A stretch of DNA of 64,000 bases, taken from the NCBI GenBank assembly GCA_002104905.1, contig MCFE01000470.1, positions 5,620-69,619 of the forward strand, read 5' to 3'. This DNA comes from Basidiobolus meristosporus CBS 931.73 (lineage: Eukaryota; Fungi; Basidiobolomycota). This document shows positions 1 through 13,400 of this stretch, piece by piece. Made by a program: the position numbers and the translations under genes. How positions within the stretch are numbered: the stretch's first letter is position 1; every line of letters begins with the position of its first letter. The notes under the pieces are model-generated. The model was given only the letters and a program-made list of their open reading frames with translations. It did no database searches and was not told the DNA's origin.

Positions 1-1393
1 TGCAAACATTCATTTTGATTGGAGTTGAGTATTTTACAACCAAAACAAGCTGATTTCTCACCAATTGGCTTATTTTCTGTTCCCCAATGTGACCTAGCCT
101 TCTATACCACATCTCTGAGTTTGTTTCATCAGTTTCAGCAATGTTGACATACTCAAGTGCAATGAACTTGCATTGTAACTTGTATAAAATGTGATCTCTG
201 ATTTCCAGAGCTGATTTTTGTCCATTCATACTCAATATTGAGCAGCTCATCTTGGTAAAAGCAAATTTCAGTCCCTGAGCAGTTGCTTTACTGACTGAGA
301 GTAGGTTCTTAGCTATTCCAGGTACATAGAGTACATCAGTGAGTCTTGCTGTTTTTGCCCCTGAGCTATTGCTCATGTTTAGTTGCATAGACCCACTTGC
401 AGTAGCTTCCAGAGCAGAGGTATAACCCAAATAAACCTTTCTTACTGGAATAGTCTTGAAGTTGCTGAACCTCTCCTTTATACCACAAATATGCTGTGAG
501 GCTCCAGAGTCAATATACCATTCATTAATTTGGTTACTCACACTCTCTTGTACGGTTACAAATAGCTGTTCATCAGTAGTTATATGGTTTGCCTGCTCTA
601 GTTTCTGTTTTTTGTCTGCTTGTTTCTTCTTGCATTCTCTTGCCCAGTGTCCTGGCTTTTTACAATAGTTGCAGCAACCAGGTTTTCTTTGATTTTGCTG
701 CATTTCCTTCTTTTCTGTGTAACTCTCTGAACTGAATGAAGCATTATCTTCAATTTTCTCTGCTTGTTCATTACATCTGAGTTGTTCATGGAGGAGTCTT
801 CCATTGACATAGTCTAAAGTCAAGTTGTCTTCTCTGCTTTCAAAATAAATAATGAGTGGCTCATACTTGTCTGGTAGGCTGCAAAGCATACAAAGTATAT
901 TTTCTTCATCATCTACACCAGCATTAGTACTGTAAAGTTCTTCTGCAAGTGTCTCCATTTTGGTAATGAGTTGTAGCATGTCATCATCTGGCCAATTCCT
1001 CATGCTGAAGAACTTTTGTTTTAAATAAAGCTTGCTTGATACTGACTTTGCTCTAAAGATCTTCTCTAAGGATTCCCAAGCTACTTTGGCAGTATATGAG
1101 GCATGGATTTGTCCAATGAAGGAATCTTGCACATTGTTACATATGGCATTAAAGGCCTTTTGCTCCTTCTCTTGACACTTCTCCACTTCTTCTGCTGTTT
1201 CTTCAGGCTCACCTTCTTTTCCTGTTACTATATTCCAAAGCTTCCTTTCCTCAGGGTGGATCTGCATCTTGATTCTCCAAATTCTGTAGTTTTTTCAATC
1301 AAACCTCTCCTTTATAGGGAAAATGTTTTTGTTGTTCTGTTTGCTGGTAGAAGTCATCTTTAGAATAGATTAAGGCAATTGGGGCTCATAACC
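1..1393 (-). mobile_element. Decayed Ty1/copia internal region (gag, zinc knuckle, protease, GAG-pre-integrase), running off the window start
   Basis: Minus strand translates to copia Gag (YRIWRIKMQ...KVAWESLEKIF), CNYCKKPGHWAREC knuckle and WYIDSGASQHIC protease; PBS GGTTATGAGCCCC at 1393-1381, next to an LTR edge starting TGTTG at 1394. Confidence 0.9.
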
Positions 1394-2399
1394 TGTTGCA
1401 ATTTAGGAAGTGATTTGGATATAAGGAACTTTTCAAGAATCAGTGATGATAGTTGAACTGTTGTTTATTAGTAAAGAAGCTCAGTACTTATACCTTTGTA
1501 GAATTATTACAGCTGTAATACTAAGTAAGGAGGATTTCTCAATATTCAGGAGCATTCAGTAACAGTTTCAGGGTTAGTACATTATAGTTGGTGTTAGTGT
1601 TAATTTGATCCTGACTATAAGGGAATAATCATAAGATCATAGATCCGGAGAAAGTGGCAAAGTTAGAGCTGTAAATTAGTCCCACAGTGACCAAGACTAG
1701 TCCAGAATTGTTAAGTAAATATTTAGCTGCAAAATGATACCAAATAGTCCAATATTTCAAAAGAAACATCAGGCTACCAGGAGAGAGCTGGTTAGGAACA
1801 AGCAGGCAAAAATGGATGCATCAGCGCAGTACACATCAGGGTGAGTACAATTTACAACTGAAGAGGCACTCAGGCAAAGTAGCAGTCAAGGGAAAGGTCA
1901 AGATAAACAAGGGTTCCTAAGCAAGGGACAGGAAAGAGTGAGAAATAACTCAGTTCTAGTGAACTTATGCTGTCAACCCATATCAAAATGAGGCCCAAAA
2001 TAGCTAAGAAGAGCTACTAAATAGAAAATAGGTGTTTTCTCAGCAGTTTCAAACTCAGTCATCAAGTTAAACTTCAGTGAGGTTGATGAGCTTATAGAGA
2101 AAGGCAATTTGCCTACCAATGTCTCCATGTATTCCATGTAGTCAAAGTGGAGAAGCCACTAACAGACAAAGCAACAATGTCAGGGACTTGAATGATTAAC
2201 TTAATGTCTACAGTGGAATTATGGAACATCAATAGGTACATCAAGAGGTTACTGTGGAATGTATGATTACCATACTACAGTGCCATGTAATTTTGTGACA
2301 TGTTTCAAACCTCAGGTGCTAGATTCACAGTACCATATGTATTGAGTACCAGATACATATCTTTAGTCTTTCTGTTCTCTTACACATTCAGGTCAACTC

Positions 2400-3617
2400 T
2401 GATCTTGAAAAAAGGTCAATGGCCAGATCAGCTTCTCTTACTGGTGGTAGGCTCACAAACTCATTCTGCTTGGCCTTGAGTTCCTGATGCTCCCATGGTA
2501 TGCTCACCATAGGGTGTTTGCATGCTAGGCTTGTAACAGCCTCTTAAATATCAGACTACTCTTCATCATTATACTTGACCACTTCACAGATTTTCAATGC
2601 CTTTTGATCTGTAGGCTTTGGTACAAAAACTTCATTTTCTCCCTCCCATGCATTGATATATGTGTCTGTGATCCTTATCTTTGGGCACTGTTGTGGTGCT
2701 TCAATGACAGTATGATGTTGCTCTGCTGTTACATTGGGAAATGACTCAACTTGTGGTTGTATCATTGAGCTACTGGAGTTCCTCTTGGCAACAAAGATAC
2801 TACTTTTACTAACTGTGATATTGATTGCTTCACATCTTTCATCAGCTCATCCTGCTTTTGTACTATTTGCTCATTTCTCTAGGCCATTGCATCTATCCTA
2901 TCAGCCACTGCACCTAATTGCCTCATTAATGCATGGTATAAGCTGACAACATACTTGCAAATTCAGGTGGTGGTGAAGTTATTACAGCCACTTGCCGGTC
3001 TTCAACTAAAGGTACCGGTTTTGCTACACTCTCATCTGCCTCAGCATTATAGTCAGTTTGCAGCACTGCAGATATTCCCAATTGCCTACTTGACAGGGAG
3101 CCTGAGCAGTATGCATTATTCCCTTTGGTGGGCACACTGTCCACATGGCCTGTTTTGTTGTAGCCCCACTTGTTGCACTGAATGTCAAGGCAAGCTTTTG
3201 TCCAACCTCTCTTCTGCTGCAGTCAGTGGTGGGGCTTAGTTGGAGCTAAACAACTTTGCTTTATTTTTTAGCAGCATATATATAGAAGTGAGTTGAACTA
3301 AAGGGGAAGTAGTGTTACATATATATGTGTAAGAGGTGCCACAACCTTGCTTATAATACTTCCTTTGGTTTGTCATTATTGAGCCTTACATTCATGCAGG
3401 TGCAAATTGTCAAATGCAAGACTGATTTAAACTCACATGAGTATTGACAAAAAAGTGATATGATGTTGTTAAATTGTCAAGTACCAAGCTGTCTGTCCCA
3501 TGGATAAGACTGATTTCATTTGACACTCTAGGAGAAGCAAAGAATTACCATGTGGCTAGTGTAGCAAGCCTCTCAACCATGAAGCACAAAGACAGCATAA
3601 GAAGTAATACAAGGATT
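2400..3617. mobile_element. Decayed fragment of the CACTA/En-Spm-like element (accessory ORF region plus start of the transposase region)
   Basis: Nucleotide similarity to 11330-12039 joined to 13111-13620. Confidence 0.65.
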
Positions 3618-3619
3618 GT

Positions 3620-5579
3620 AGGGATGTCTTCTGGCTTCACCCTAATTTGGTTGTATCCTGACATGAAGTCAATCTTGCTGAAAATAGTGGCTCCATTGAG
3701 TTGGTCCAAGAGCTCATCAATCCAAGGTATGGGGTACTTATTCTTCACAGTAACTGAGTTGAGGGCTCTGAAGTCAATGCACATCCTAAGTGCTCCATCC
3801 TTCTTCTTCACAAAAAGTACTGGTGCTCCCCAAGGTGACTTGCTGGGTTGGATATATTGTTGCTCCTATAACTGATCTACTTGTCTCTTCATTTCCTCCA
3901 GTTCCAATGGACTCATTCTGTAAGGTGTCTTGCTCACTGGAGGGCTATCTCCTGCTTCAATGGCATGAACCACATCTCTGCCTGGTGGTAGGCTTACAAG
4001 CTCTTCTGGAAATATGTCTGAATACTCCTTCAAAAGAATCTGGACCTTCTGGGGTCCTGGAGTTGAGGAAAGCTCCTGTAATACTGCCATGAGGAACATC
4101 TGGGTGCCTTTTCTTAGTGCTCTACAGAACTCTGTCTTGCTAAGCTAACTTGTCTCACACACATTGGAATTGACCAAGCTAAAATCCAGTCTGGCAGGTA
4201 ATAGCTCATAGGTCTTGTTGTCTTTCTGGATCTGAGTAGCATGGGTTCTCCAGTTGATTGATGGGTTACAACAAAATAGCCAGGTTTTCCCAAGTATAAG
4301 GTCAAACTTGCAGTTCCCAAATATATAGGCATGTAGATCTTCTTCATAGTCATTGATCTTCATCTTTACTGGCTGAGTAATACGGCTGATTATGTAAGAA
4401 TTCCCATCAGCTGTTGAGACTGAAGTTGATTTGGTGGGCTCCAAGTTGATTCCAGCATTCAGAGCAAATTGCTCTGACATATACTCATGTGATGCTCTTG
4501 AGTAAATCATGATCTTGGCAGGAACTCCATTGATTACTCCATTCAAGTATAATAGCTTTCCTGAGTTTGAGATCATCTGGGATAGGTATTCTTCTGTCAT
4601 GTGGAAGGTGAGTTCTGAGTCTTCCTCAAGTTCATCCTCTATGTTACTATTCTCCATGGCCTCAATACAGTTAAAGGTTCTTGATGGCTGGTGTCCATTT
4701 CTTTTCTGAGGGCAGTACTTTGCAATATGACCCCGCTGGTGGCAATTGAAGCAAAGTCCTTTCTTCTTACATTCTTCTGTGGTAGGATTCTTCTACATAG
4801 CGTCTATTTCCATTGGCACTGTTTCTGATTGTCTTCTTTCATAGAGATTGTAGCCCCTCTGATTAGTCATTGTGGGCTTCCCAACTCCAAACATAGCTGA
4901 GTCATAGTCAATGGCAATCGTGATGGCTTCCTCAATAGTCTGAGGTCTTCAATAATTCACTTCTTTACAAGTTCTTTCTTTCAGCCCATCAACAAAGTAT
5001 TCAGCTAGATCCAGAGGGTCCATTCTTTCAGCTTGCCCAAGTAGATATTTATATTCATAGATGTACTCTTGGACCATTCCTTTTTGTCTGAGTGTCTTCA
5101 ACTTTCTTTTTAGTAGTGTCTGTTGGTGTGGGGGCTCAAAGGCATCCTGAATCTCCAACATAAACTCATCCCAGGTAGAGACTGTAGAGCATCCCATCAT
5201 GGTGGCTGACCTGATATTGTTGTGGTACCACTGCAAAGCTGCATCTGCCAAGTAAGAGGCTGCGTAATGTAACTTGTTTTCTGGAGCAGTTCCTTTAGCT
5301 TTAAAAGCTTCTTCAATCTGAAAGAGCCAAGTTCCCAGGTTTTCATTGACTCTGCCATGGTACCAGTTGACCTTCACACTAAAGTTGCTCTTGACAGGGT
5401 TTTGCTGGCTTTGAGCCATGGTAGTCATTCCTTGTTGCTGCTGGTTCAGGATCTGGAATTAGTGTTGCTGCTGGGCCAGGATTTGTTGCATATCATTCTT
5501 CCATTCTTGATTTGCCAACATCTTGAGGGAGGCTTCTTCTTTCTTCAGGAGGGATGTTTCTGGTTATTGCTGCTACCAA
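3620..5579 (-). mobile_element. 3'-truncated, decayed Ty3/gypsy internal region (gag, knuckle, protease, RT N-terminus)
   Basis: Gag ORF 4949-5428, GLCFNCHQRGHIAKYC knuckle, protease-like ORF 4145-4657, RT motifs [17 protein letters not shown] and [14 protein letters not shown]; PBS TGGTAGCAGCA at 5578-5568. Confidence 0.92.
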
Positions 5580-6005
5580 TGTTACAAGTCTTGTTGTAAG
5601 AGTTGTAGAGGAATAGGGAGTTTAGCTGGTATTGTATTCACTAAAGCTTGAACTGATCTTTATTGAGATTTCAGCCGCTCCTTATATACTTTTTTGCCAG
5701 ATTAATTGCTGACTAATTATATTTCCTAATGTAGGCTGTGGCTGATGACTCATTTGATTGCATCATTATCACCCAATGTGTTCCTACTTAATATAACTAT
5801 TTCTGTCTGATAAGTCTCTGCTGACTCATTTGCTGACTAATGCTACTGATTTCACAGATAATACTGATATACTGATAACCTAAACAAATAACTAATTGAT
5901 TTGACTAAGAACTGATCCAACTTAAACATTCAAGCAGCAGATCATAAGATCTAACTATATTTGGCTTTGAATTTAGCCAAATGCTGTAGTAATTCCATCA
6001 TAACA
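5580..6005 (-). repeat. 5' LTR (426 bp) of the truncated gypsy element
   Basis: TGTTA...TAACA termini, directly adjacent to the PBS. Confidence 0.8.
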
Positions 6006-6039
6006 TTGTGTAGAATGTCATTAATTCCATGCCCCTGAT

Positions 6040-7290
6040 AATATTACAGTCTCCTAATGGGATCTTGGTGGCTTATTTGGATTGGATCCACACTCAAGGT
6101 CAGATTATTATTCATAGGGCTTGACATTGTTGCTTTGTCTGTTGGAGGGATCTCCACTCTATTAACAATGGAGGACATGAAGGCTGTGGTAGACAAGTTG
6201 GCTCAGCTGACTGCACTTCCAACTCTTGTGAAAACAGCTGTTTTCTTGTTAGTAATTCCTCTTGGCTATGATGGGATTCATACTGGTGCAATCATGTCAT
6301 TGTGTACTAGAAATAGCTCAAGTCCTTGGCAGATTGTTCCATGAGACATAGTAGCACCTAGCCAATCAGATAGTGGTAATATGAAACCTCTGTGTCATGT
6401 AATTACCTCATATGGTAGTAGAATAGGTGGGTTATGAAGCCAGGATGGTCACATGACATAGGCACTGTTGGGGGTACTTGTGTTATATGGTAACTACCTT
6501 ATCTTGGCATCTTGGCAAGGAATAGGAATAGCTTTTGCAATGGGTTAATAGTGACAAATAGTTTGCCAGGTTGCATAATAATAATCACATACACCAATAG
6601 AAAATATTGCAATTTGGGATTATACTAATATAGGGGGGGTAATCCTTTGCAGGGAAGTGAACATATAGGAATGAGCACATCTGCCTGTGGGTGTCACTGT
6701 GACCCCACTACAGCGGTAATTGGCAAGAACTGCAGCTTTTTACTCATGCTTCTCTGTCTCTGACTTGAACAGAGTTTTTGCCCTTTACCTTTTTCTTTAT
6801 CACTGCCAGGTGTTTCACTACTATCTTGACTGAGTGCTTCTTGTGCTGAACTGTTTTCTCCTTGATAAATGCTGCTGTGAAGCACCTTTTTAGCCTGCTT
6901 GCCCTTGCTGGCACACTGTAGCCAACCTGATGCTTATTTCCTGCTTGTTTTGAGGTCTTGCCCATGCTGTGATGGACTACCAAGGTAGCTGCTGGTTTTT
7001 AACATTACTAGGTCCTTCACTGCTACCTTGACTGAGTACTTCTTAAGTGGAACTGCACTTTTTCCTTAATAAACATTGCGCTAGTGTATCTGTGTCAGCC
7101 TGCTTTTCCCTTGTTGTCACAGTTTCAGCTATCTAATGTCACTTTGACACTTGTTTGTAGCTTTTGGCCCTGCTTGTAACAGTCTCCAAAGCTCCTGCTT
7201 CTCTAGCTTCCTAGGTGCCCCAAGTGTCTCCAAAGGCCTCTGTGTGTCTTGTGCACTACCCTGAAAAGCTCCTTGATGGCAAGTCTGAGA
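6040..7290 (-). mobile_element. CACTA-associated low-complexity accessory ORF relic, interrupted by a truncated family-A-like LTR (about 6290-6712)
   Basis: Similar to 10450-11230 and 17940-18480; the insert ends GTGGGTGTCACTGTGACCCCACTACA, like the family A LTR end. Confidence 0.6.
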
Positions 7291-7295
7291 TGTAC

Positions 7296-7869
7296 TGTTG
7301 AAGGCAGGTGCAGTGATCAACTGCTAATCAATAAGGTAGAAGTGTTACTAATAGAAGGGATGATTTATCAATGAGGGATTGCTTTCCCTTAAATACCTTT
7401 CCTGATTGCCCAGTGATTACTAATGACAAGGTTCTAGAAGATTCTAGGTATCAGTGGAATTCTTGATGACATCACTATGAGCTAAAAATATGCCAAGAAT
7501 GTCCTGGAAGGTTCCAAAAGGCACAGCACATCCAACCAATCAGATATCAGTAGTCTGAAACCTGCGCAACATAGAAATACCATTTATGGTATTGAAATGG
7601 TAGGGATGGTAACACAGACCTAGGTTATGTGTCACGGATACTGATGCGGGTACTTGCCTTATGTAGATACATATACTGATCACAAAGCTGAATAACAACT
7701 GGGATAACTAATGCAAATAACTAATCAGGGTAAACATCATATGGGGATAATACTGATAATATGGGCAAAAGAAGAATGGGATAATACTGATAAGATAAAA
7801 TATGGATTAGTATATCATAATGACTATATGAATAAACTTGTCTGTGGGAGGTATGTTTACCCTACCACA
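7296..7869 (-). repeat. Short (574 bp) relative of the family A LTR
   Basis: TG...CA ends; similar along its length to 12515-13110 (shared blocks GGCACAGCACATCCAACCAATCAG and AAATGGTAGGGATGGT). Confidence 0.65.
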
Positions 7870-9830
7870 GCGCATTTCCACTAATATCATTAATGGGGGC
7901 TTTGAGGACTTATTACTACTGATTGCCAAAATCATCCTGAATTCAACTTACCATGTACATGCTATAAATGGAAAACTGTCATGTCACAGGCAACATATGA
8001 CCTTGAGACTGTCCTGATACTAGCATGTGCTAACAGTTGCATGGCATTCATATCAGAAAATGCAACCATTACAGGGTGTTCAACTTGTCAGGAATCTACC
8101 ACCATTGGGAGAAAACATTTCTCCTACCGCAGATATACACCAGTAAAACCCCATCTAAAGAAGCTTGTGCAGTCCAACAAATGCCTGAGCCTGAATCACT
8201 GTCCAACTTGAATAACTAACTGTATCCATTGCTTGATGAATTTTATATGCTTTACAGCTGGATAACCCTATGAAAAATATCTGGTCCCACAGGTGGACTC
8301 AATCCAGATCAGACATCAGGATCCTACTTGTAGACCATCATAGTACTGACAGCTTGGAATAAGTGACCCTCTTGATAGTCTTCTGATGGGATGACAATGG
8401 TGTATTGCTGCTTTTACTGCTAAATAAAGTTATAAAACTTGATGGGGTTTGATTGGTGCTGTCACAATAAGTTGATGGCATTGTTGTAGTCTTGTACTGC
8501 TATACAACAACTTCAAATGGATATAACTGGCCCAGACACCTAGTTGCCTTACATGGCAAAAACCTTAAAGGTCCATCAATGGCCTCACAGCAAGAATATG
8601 ATGGCTTTGTTAAGGCAGTATGGCAGCCTACAGTTAGTTCTGTTTAATGTTACCTTACCAATATCCCAATTGATATTTCCTTTTTCTACCTCCCCCTGTA
8701 AAATTCACATATTCCACTGTAGAGTCACCCCTCTTTATGTGCTTACCCACAACTACCTGGGTATTCTACATATAGTGTGAATTAAAAAAAACTACAGCCT
8801 CATGTTTACTAACCTCTAGAGACATGCACGCATGTTGCAATTGACATACTTCTATCATCACAACTTTATGGCTATTTGGTGTAATACTTGCAAAGTTGCC
8901 ATATACCTTGTACTGCAGGTAACATATACATTTTGCAAACATATGCTTGGTTGCTGCCACTTCTGCCATAAATACCTCCTGAATATCTGCCAAGAGCTTC
9001 TTGGTATTTAGCCAATATATTACTTCTGCCTGCTGTATTCTAGTCCCCCTTATAGGTGTGCTCTGGCTTTTGTTTGTGTGAATTCTGTATTGAATGGTGT
9101 GGAAGTTGGCTTGTGACCAAGAGACGTCCAACATACCCTGGTAGAGTTTTTGTAATAAGAATTAGTTGGTTGTTGCATCCAACCCAACTTTGCATTACTC
9201 ACCTGATTACCCATGCATTGGGGCTGCTTAGCTTCTTAATACCATAGACATAGATGTCTCCATGTGCACATCTGTCCTCAGTATTTTCCAACTCTTCATG
9301 GTTGGCCTGCATGTGTCAACTCATCACATCCATGACAGAATTGAAGGTAATATTTTTGATGAGATTGAGATATGGTAGTACCTGCAACTTGAGTTGTCTT
9401 CCTATCTCCCCACATATTGGCTCCATAGGAAACTCCCAAAAGGTGAAGCAAGCCATAATATTCTTCTCACACCATGCAAGATGGAGTAGATAATGGATAG
9501 AGTAGTAGCAGAGATCTATGCATTCAGCTTTATGCCTGTAGTATAGCCACTCAAATCCTGTTACAAACTCCTTACAATACAACTCTGGATGCTTCAAGTT
9601 GGCTCTGGTGATCTGCTTCTTAATAAATATTCCTGCATTGTCCACATATGACTCCCAATGCTTCCAATGTACTCTTGGTAGGAATGGCTTTAAAATGCCT
9701 CTTGAACAAATACTTATCCAGTTCATCCAGTCTTTGCATTTGTATTGTTGCAAATGCATATGAATATGGATTAGAGCCCATGAGAATTACTTATGGTAGT
9801 AGATACTCCTATGAAAGATTATTAAGATGA
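7870..9830. mobile_element. Rearranged CACTA/En-Spm transposase relic (7870-8230 plus strand; 8230-9830 minus strand)
   Basis: ORF 9316-9759 carries HYLLHLAWCEKNIMACFTFWEFPMEPICGEIG, the H-x-x-x-H...W-x-F-P-x-E-R-like motif of Tnp2-associated DUF4218; reverse-complement similarity to 15150-16640. Confidence 0.75.
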
Positions 9831-10449
9831 CTCATTGAAAGGCCTTCACAAAGTTAAAGTACTGTGACTAAGAGGTACTGATCTTTTTGGGACACCATCT
9901 AGAGATTGTTGAAAAATAATTACACCGCAGATTTTACTAAAAACTTAGTCAAAATTTTTCATCACAGTAGTTTGAAAGTGGCTTTTGATTGGTTCCCTAC
10001 CGGTTTTCCCACTTTCTGATCCTGGACACTCTATCACCTTCTACATTTGTATGAATTGATTGGCTATTGCCTCTTTTTCACACCCCTTACTTTTTGACTC
10101 AACCATTTCTCTTACTTTTCATGCATACAAATTGACTTATTTCCATCAAAATTTCAGTTGAACCTCAATTGCCAATTGTATTGTCCTATGCAAGTCTCTA
10201 TACCCTACACTAACATTAAGCCTAACCCCACACTTAACCAGTAACTGCATTAAAATCCATCACTCAATAAGTATTTCTGCTGTAATGCTTTGGTACCGCA
10301 ACTTTGGCAGGAACCCAATGGCTTTATGCCACTGTTCATTCACTGTTTCCCACATATCCTAGTCTATAGCTGGCACTTCAAGGTCTAGCTCCTCATCTGC
10401 CAGTCTTTGCAAAAATCCTTACAATATTACAGTGCATTCTCTTAAGCAC

Positions 10450-13400
10450 TGCTCTTGAAGAAGTGCTGCAACCTCTTAGTGTGCCTATTAATGTTCCAAA
10501 ACTCCACTGAAGGCATTGTGATAGTCTGTCAAGCTCTTGACATTGTAGCCTTTTCTGTCAGTGGGATCTCTACTCTGTCAACAATGGAGACTGTGGAGGC
10601 TGTGGAAGACAAGCTGCCTTTTTCAGCAAACCCATCTATCTTACTGGAGTGTAGCTCAACTGGCTGTGCTTCCAACTCTTGTGAAAACAGCTGTTTTCTT
10701 GTTGGTAATATTCTTGGCTATGATGGGATTTGGTCTGTTCCTGGCTTGCAGTGTTAATTGGCAAGAACTGCTGTTTCCTTTGCATGCCTCCCTGTCTCAG
10801 GCTTGGGTAGACATTTTTCTCTTTACCTTTTCCTTTATCACTGCCAGGTCTTTCACTGCTACTTTGTCTGAGTGCTTCTTGTAAAGAACTACATTTTTTC
10901 CTGGATAAATTCTGCTGTGACACATCTGGTTCAGCCTGCTTACCCCTTGCTGGCACTCTTCTGGCAACCTGATGTTTCTTTTCCACTTGTTTTGAGCTCT
11001 GAGCTGTAGTTGCTATGTGTTTCTGTAAAAGTGGCTTGTTTTTATCACTGCTGGGTCCTTGACTACTACTTTGAACAGGTGCTTCTGGAGTGGTAGTACA
11101 CTTTTTCCTTGATAAATGTTGTGCTGGTGCATCTGTGTCTGCCTGCTTGTCCCTAATTGGCACTCTTCTATCTACCTGGTGTCTCTTTGACGCTTCACTG
11201 GAGCTTTTTTCCCTGCTTGTAGCAGGCTCTTGAGGAAGCGGCTAGTTTTTAGCCATGGAACCCTTGTTCTTCTGCCTTTGATAGTTTCTGCTATTCTTAA
11301 GGTACTTTCTTAGCATACCAATGCTGGCTCAAAGTCAGTTCGCCCATTTGAATCCAGGATAAAGCTCATGGAACACGTCAAGGGCATTCTGCTTAGCCTT
11401 GAGTTCCTGATGGTCCCATGGTATGCCGGCCTTGAGGTGACAGCATGCTAGACTTCTGACAGCCTCTTGTATATTAGCCCACTCTTCATTAGTGCACTCA
11501 AAGGCTTCACAGATCTTCAATGTCTTTTGATTTTCAGGCTCTGGCATAAACACCACAAAGTCCCCCTCCCGTACTGAAATAGGTTTTTTGGTCGGATTTA
11601 TCTTTGGGCACTGTTGTTGTGCTTCAAAGACTGTATGGTGTTCCTCTGCTGTTACATTGGGAAATGGCTTAATTTTTGGCTATGACATTGAGCTACTAGA
11701 GTTCCTTCTTTGTAGCAAAGATACTACTTTCTCTACCTGGAATATTGATTGCTCTACATGTATTATCTGCCCATCCTGTTTGTGGACTATTTTCTGATTT
11801 TCCAGGGCCATTGCATCTATCCTATCAGCCACTGCACCTAATTGCTTCATTGATGCTTTGGTATGAGCTGACTACATACTGGCTAATATGAGTGGTGGTA
11901 ATGTTATCATGGCCACTTGCTGATCTTCAACTGAGGGAACTGCATTTGCTACATTCTCATCTGCCTAAGCATAACAGTCAGCTTGTGGCTCCATAGAGAT
12001 TCTCAACTGCCTACTTGACTGAGAGCCTGAGGGGTCCGCTGTGGTGGTGTATAAGTCCAAGGGAGAGATACTTCCAACACTTCTCAAGTGTTTTGTGTGT
12101 GGGGTGTTCACTGGGTGCAATAACCTCTGGCAAAAGCTTGCTAGGAATACTTGGGTTCTGTCTCTAATCTAATGTGAAGGGGAATAAAGCCACAAGCTTG
12201 TCAAGGGAAAACTATTGAGCTACAGTCCCCAACTTAGTTGGCATCTTAACAAAAGTATGTGCTGGGTGCAGCATCCTTTGAGATGACAATGTACTAAAGC
12301 TTCCAAAGTCAAAACAACTGTAAACTCCACCTGCAGGGACTTGATAAGAATGCAGCTGTGGTCAATAGTTACAAAGACAGAAAAGTATCTTTGCCTGTAC
12401 AAGAACAAACTTGGGAAAGAATCAAATATAATAAAAGATACCTACTCTGAGTATTCCTCACAAGTAGTGCCTCCAAGGTCAGTTGGCTGTCAGCGCGGTT
12501 TCCTGGGAGTGTCCTGTGGTCTGGGGTTGGAAGTTCAGGTAGCAGCAGGTAGCAGTGATCACACTAATCAACAAGTTGGTATATTGATAAAAGGGATGAT
12601 GATTTATTGTAGAGGCATAGTCTCCCTTATATACTTTTCTCACTGGCTAAGTGATTACTAATTATGGTGTTCCAGAAGGTTCCGGATATCAATAGAAATC
12701 TTAATGACATCACAATGACCTAAGAATGTTCTAAGTAGGTGCCGGAAGGTTCTAAGAGGCACAGCACATCCAACCAATCAGGAATCAGTATTCTGAAACC
12801 TGTGTAACATGGGGATACCATATATGGTATGTAAATGGTAGGGATGGTGACACGGGTTGATCATGTGTCACAGGTACTGGCACAGGTACTTGCCTAATAT
12901 AGAAGTACTTGTAGCTAGTAATCTTACATAAAGTGAGGGGTAGCTTATGCAATAAGGTAAGCAGGTGCGATAGTCAACCGGCTTATGGGATAGTACTGAT
13001 TGGGTAAGACAAATGGGATAAAACTAAAATAAGTGTAGTTGAGGTATAGGGAAGTAGAAAATAAGGAAATGAGCACATCTGTCAGTGGGTGTCACTGTTG
13101 CCCCACTACACCGCATTATTACCTTCAATGGGTACACTATCCACAGGGTCTTTTTTGGAAGTAGCCCTGCCTGTTGTACTCAATCTCAACGCAAGCTGTT
13201 GTTCAACTATTCCTCTGTTGCCGTCAGTGGTGGGGTTTGGTTGAGAATCAGACAACTTTGCTTTATTTTTTGGTGGCATATATATGGAAATGAGTTAAAC
13301 CAAAGGGGAAATAGTGCTACATATACAGGTGTATATGGTGCCACAACTTTATTTAAAATGCTTACTATGGCCGGTCATCATTGAATCCTACATTCATGCA

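Noticed and set aside
7292-7873. GTAC/GCGC as a doubly deaminated TSD of the short LTR
   Set aside because: Left and right flanks correspond to host positions about 2.8 kb apart, so they are not one target site
12341-12661. ORF MIRMQLWSIVTK... open in all three family A copies (also 23769 and 36718)
   Set aside because: Antisense to the LTR promoter; copies are similar enough to share an open frame by descent; no recognisable domain
13104-13110. CACTA pentamer at family A ends, as possible CACTA transposon termini
   Set aside because: It lies inside a ...CCACTACA LTR end in the wrong orientation for a CACTA TIR, and the TSD is 4 bp
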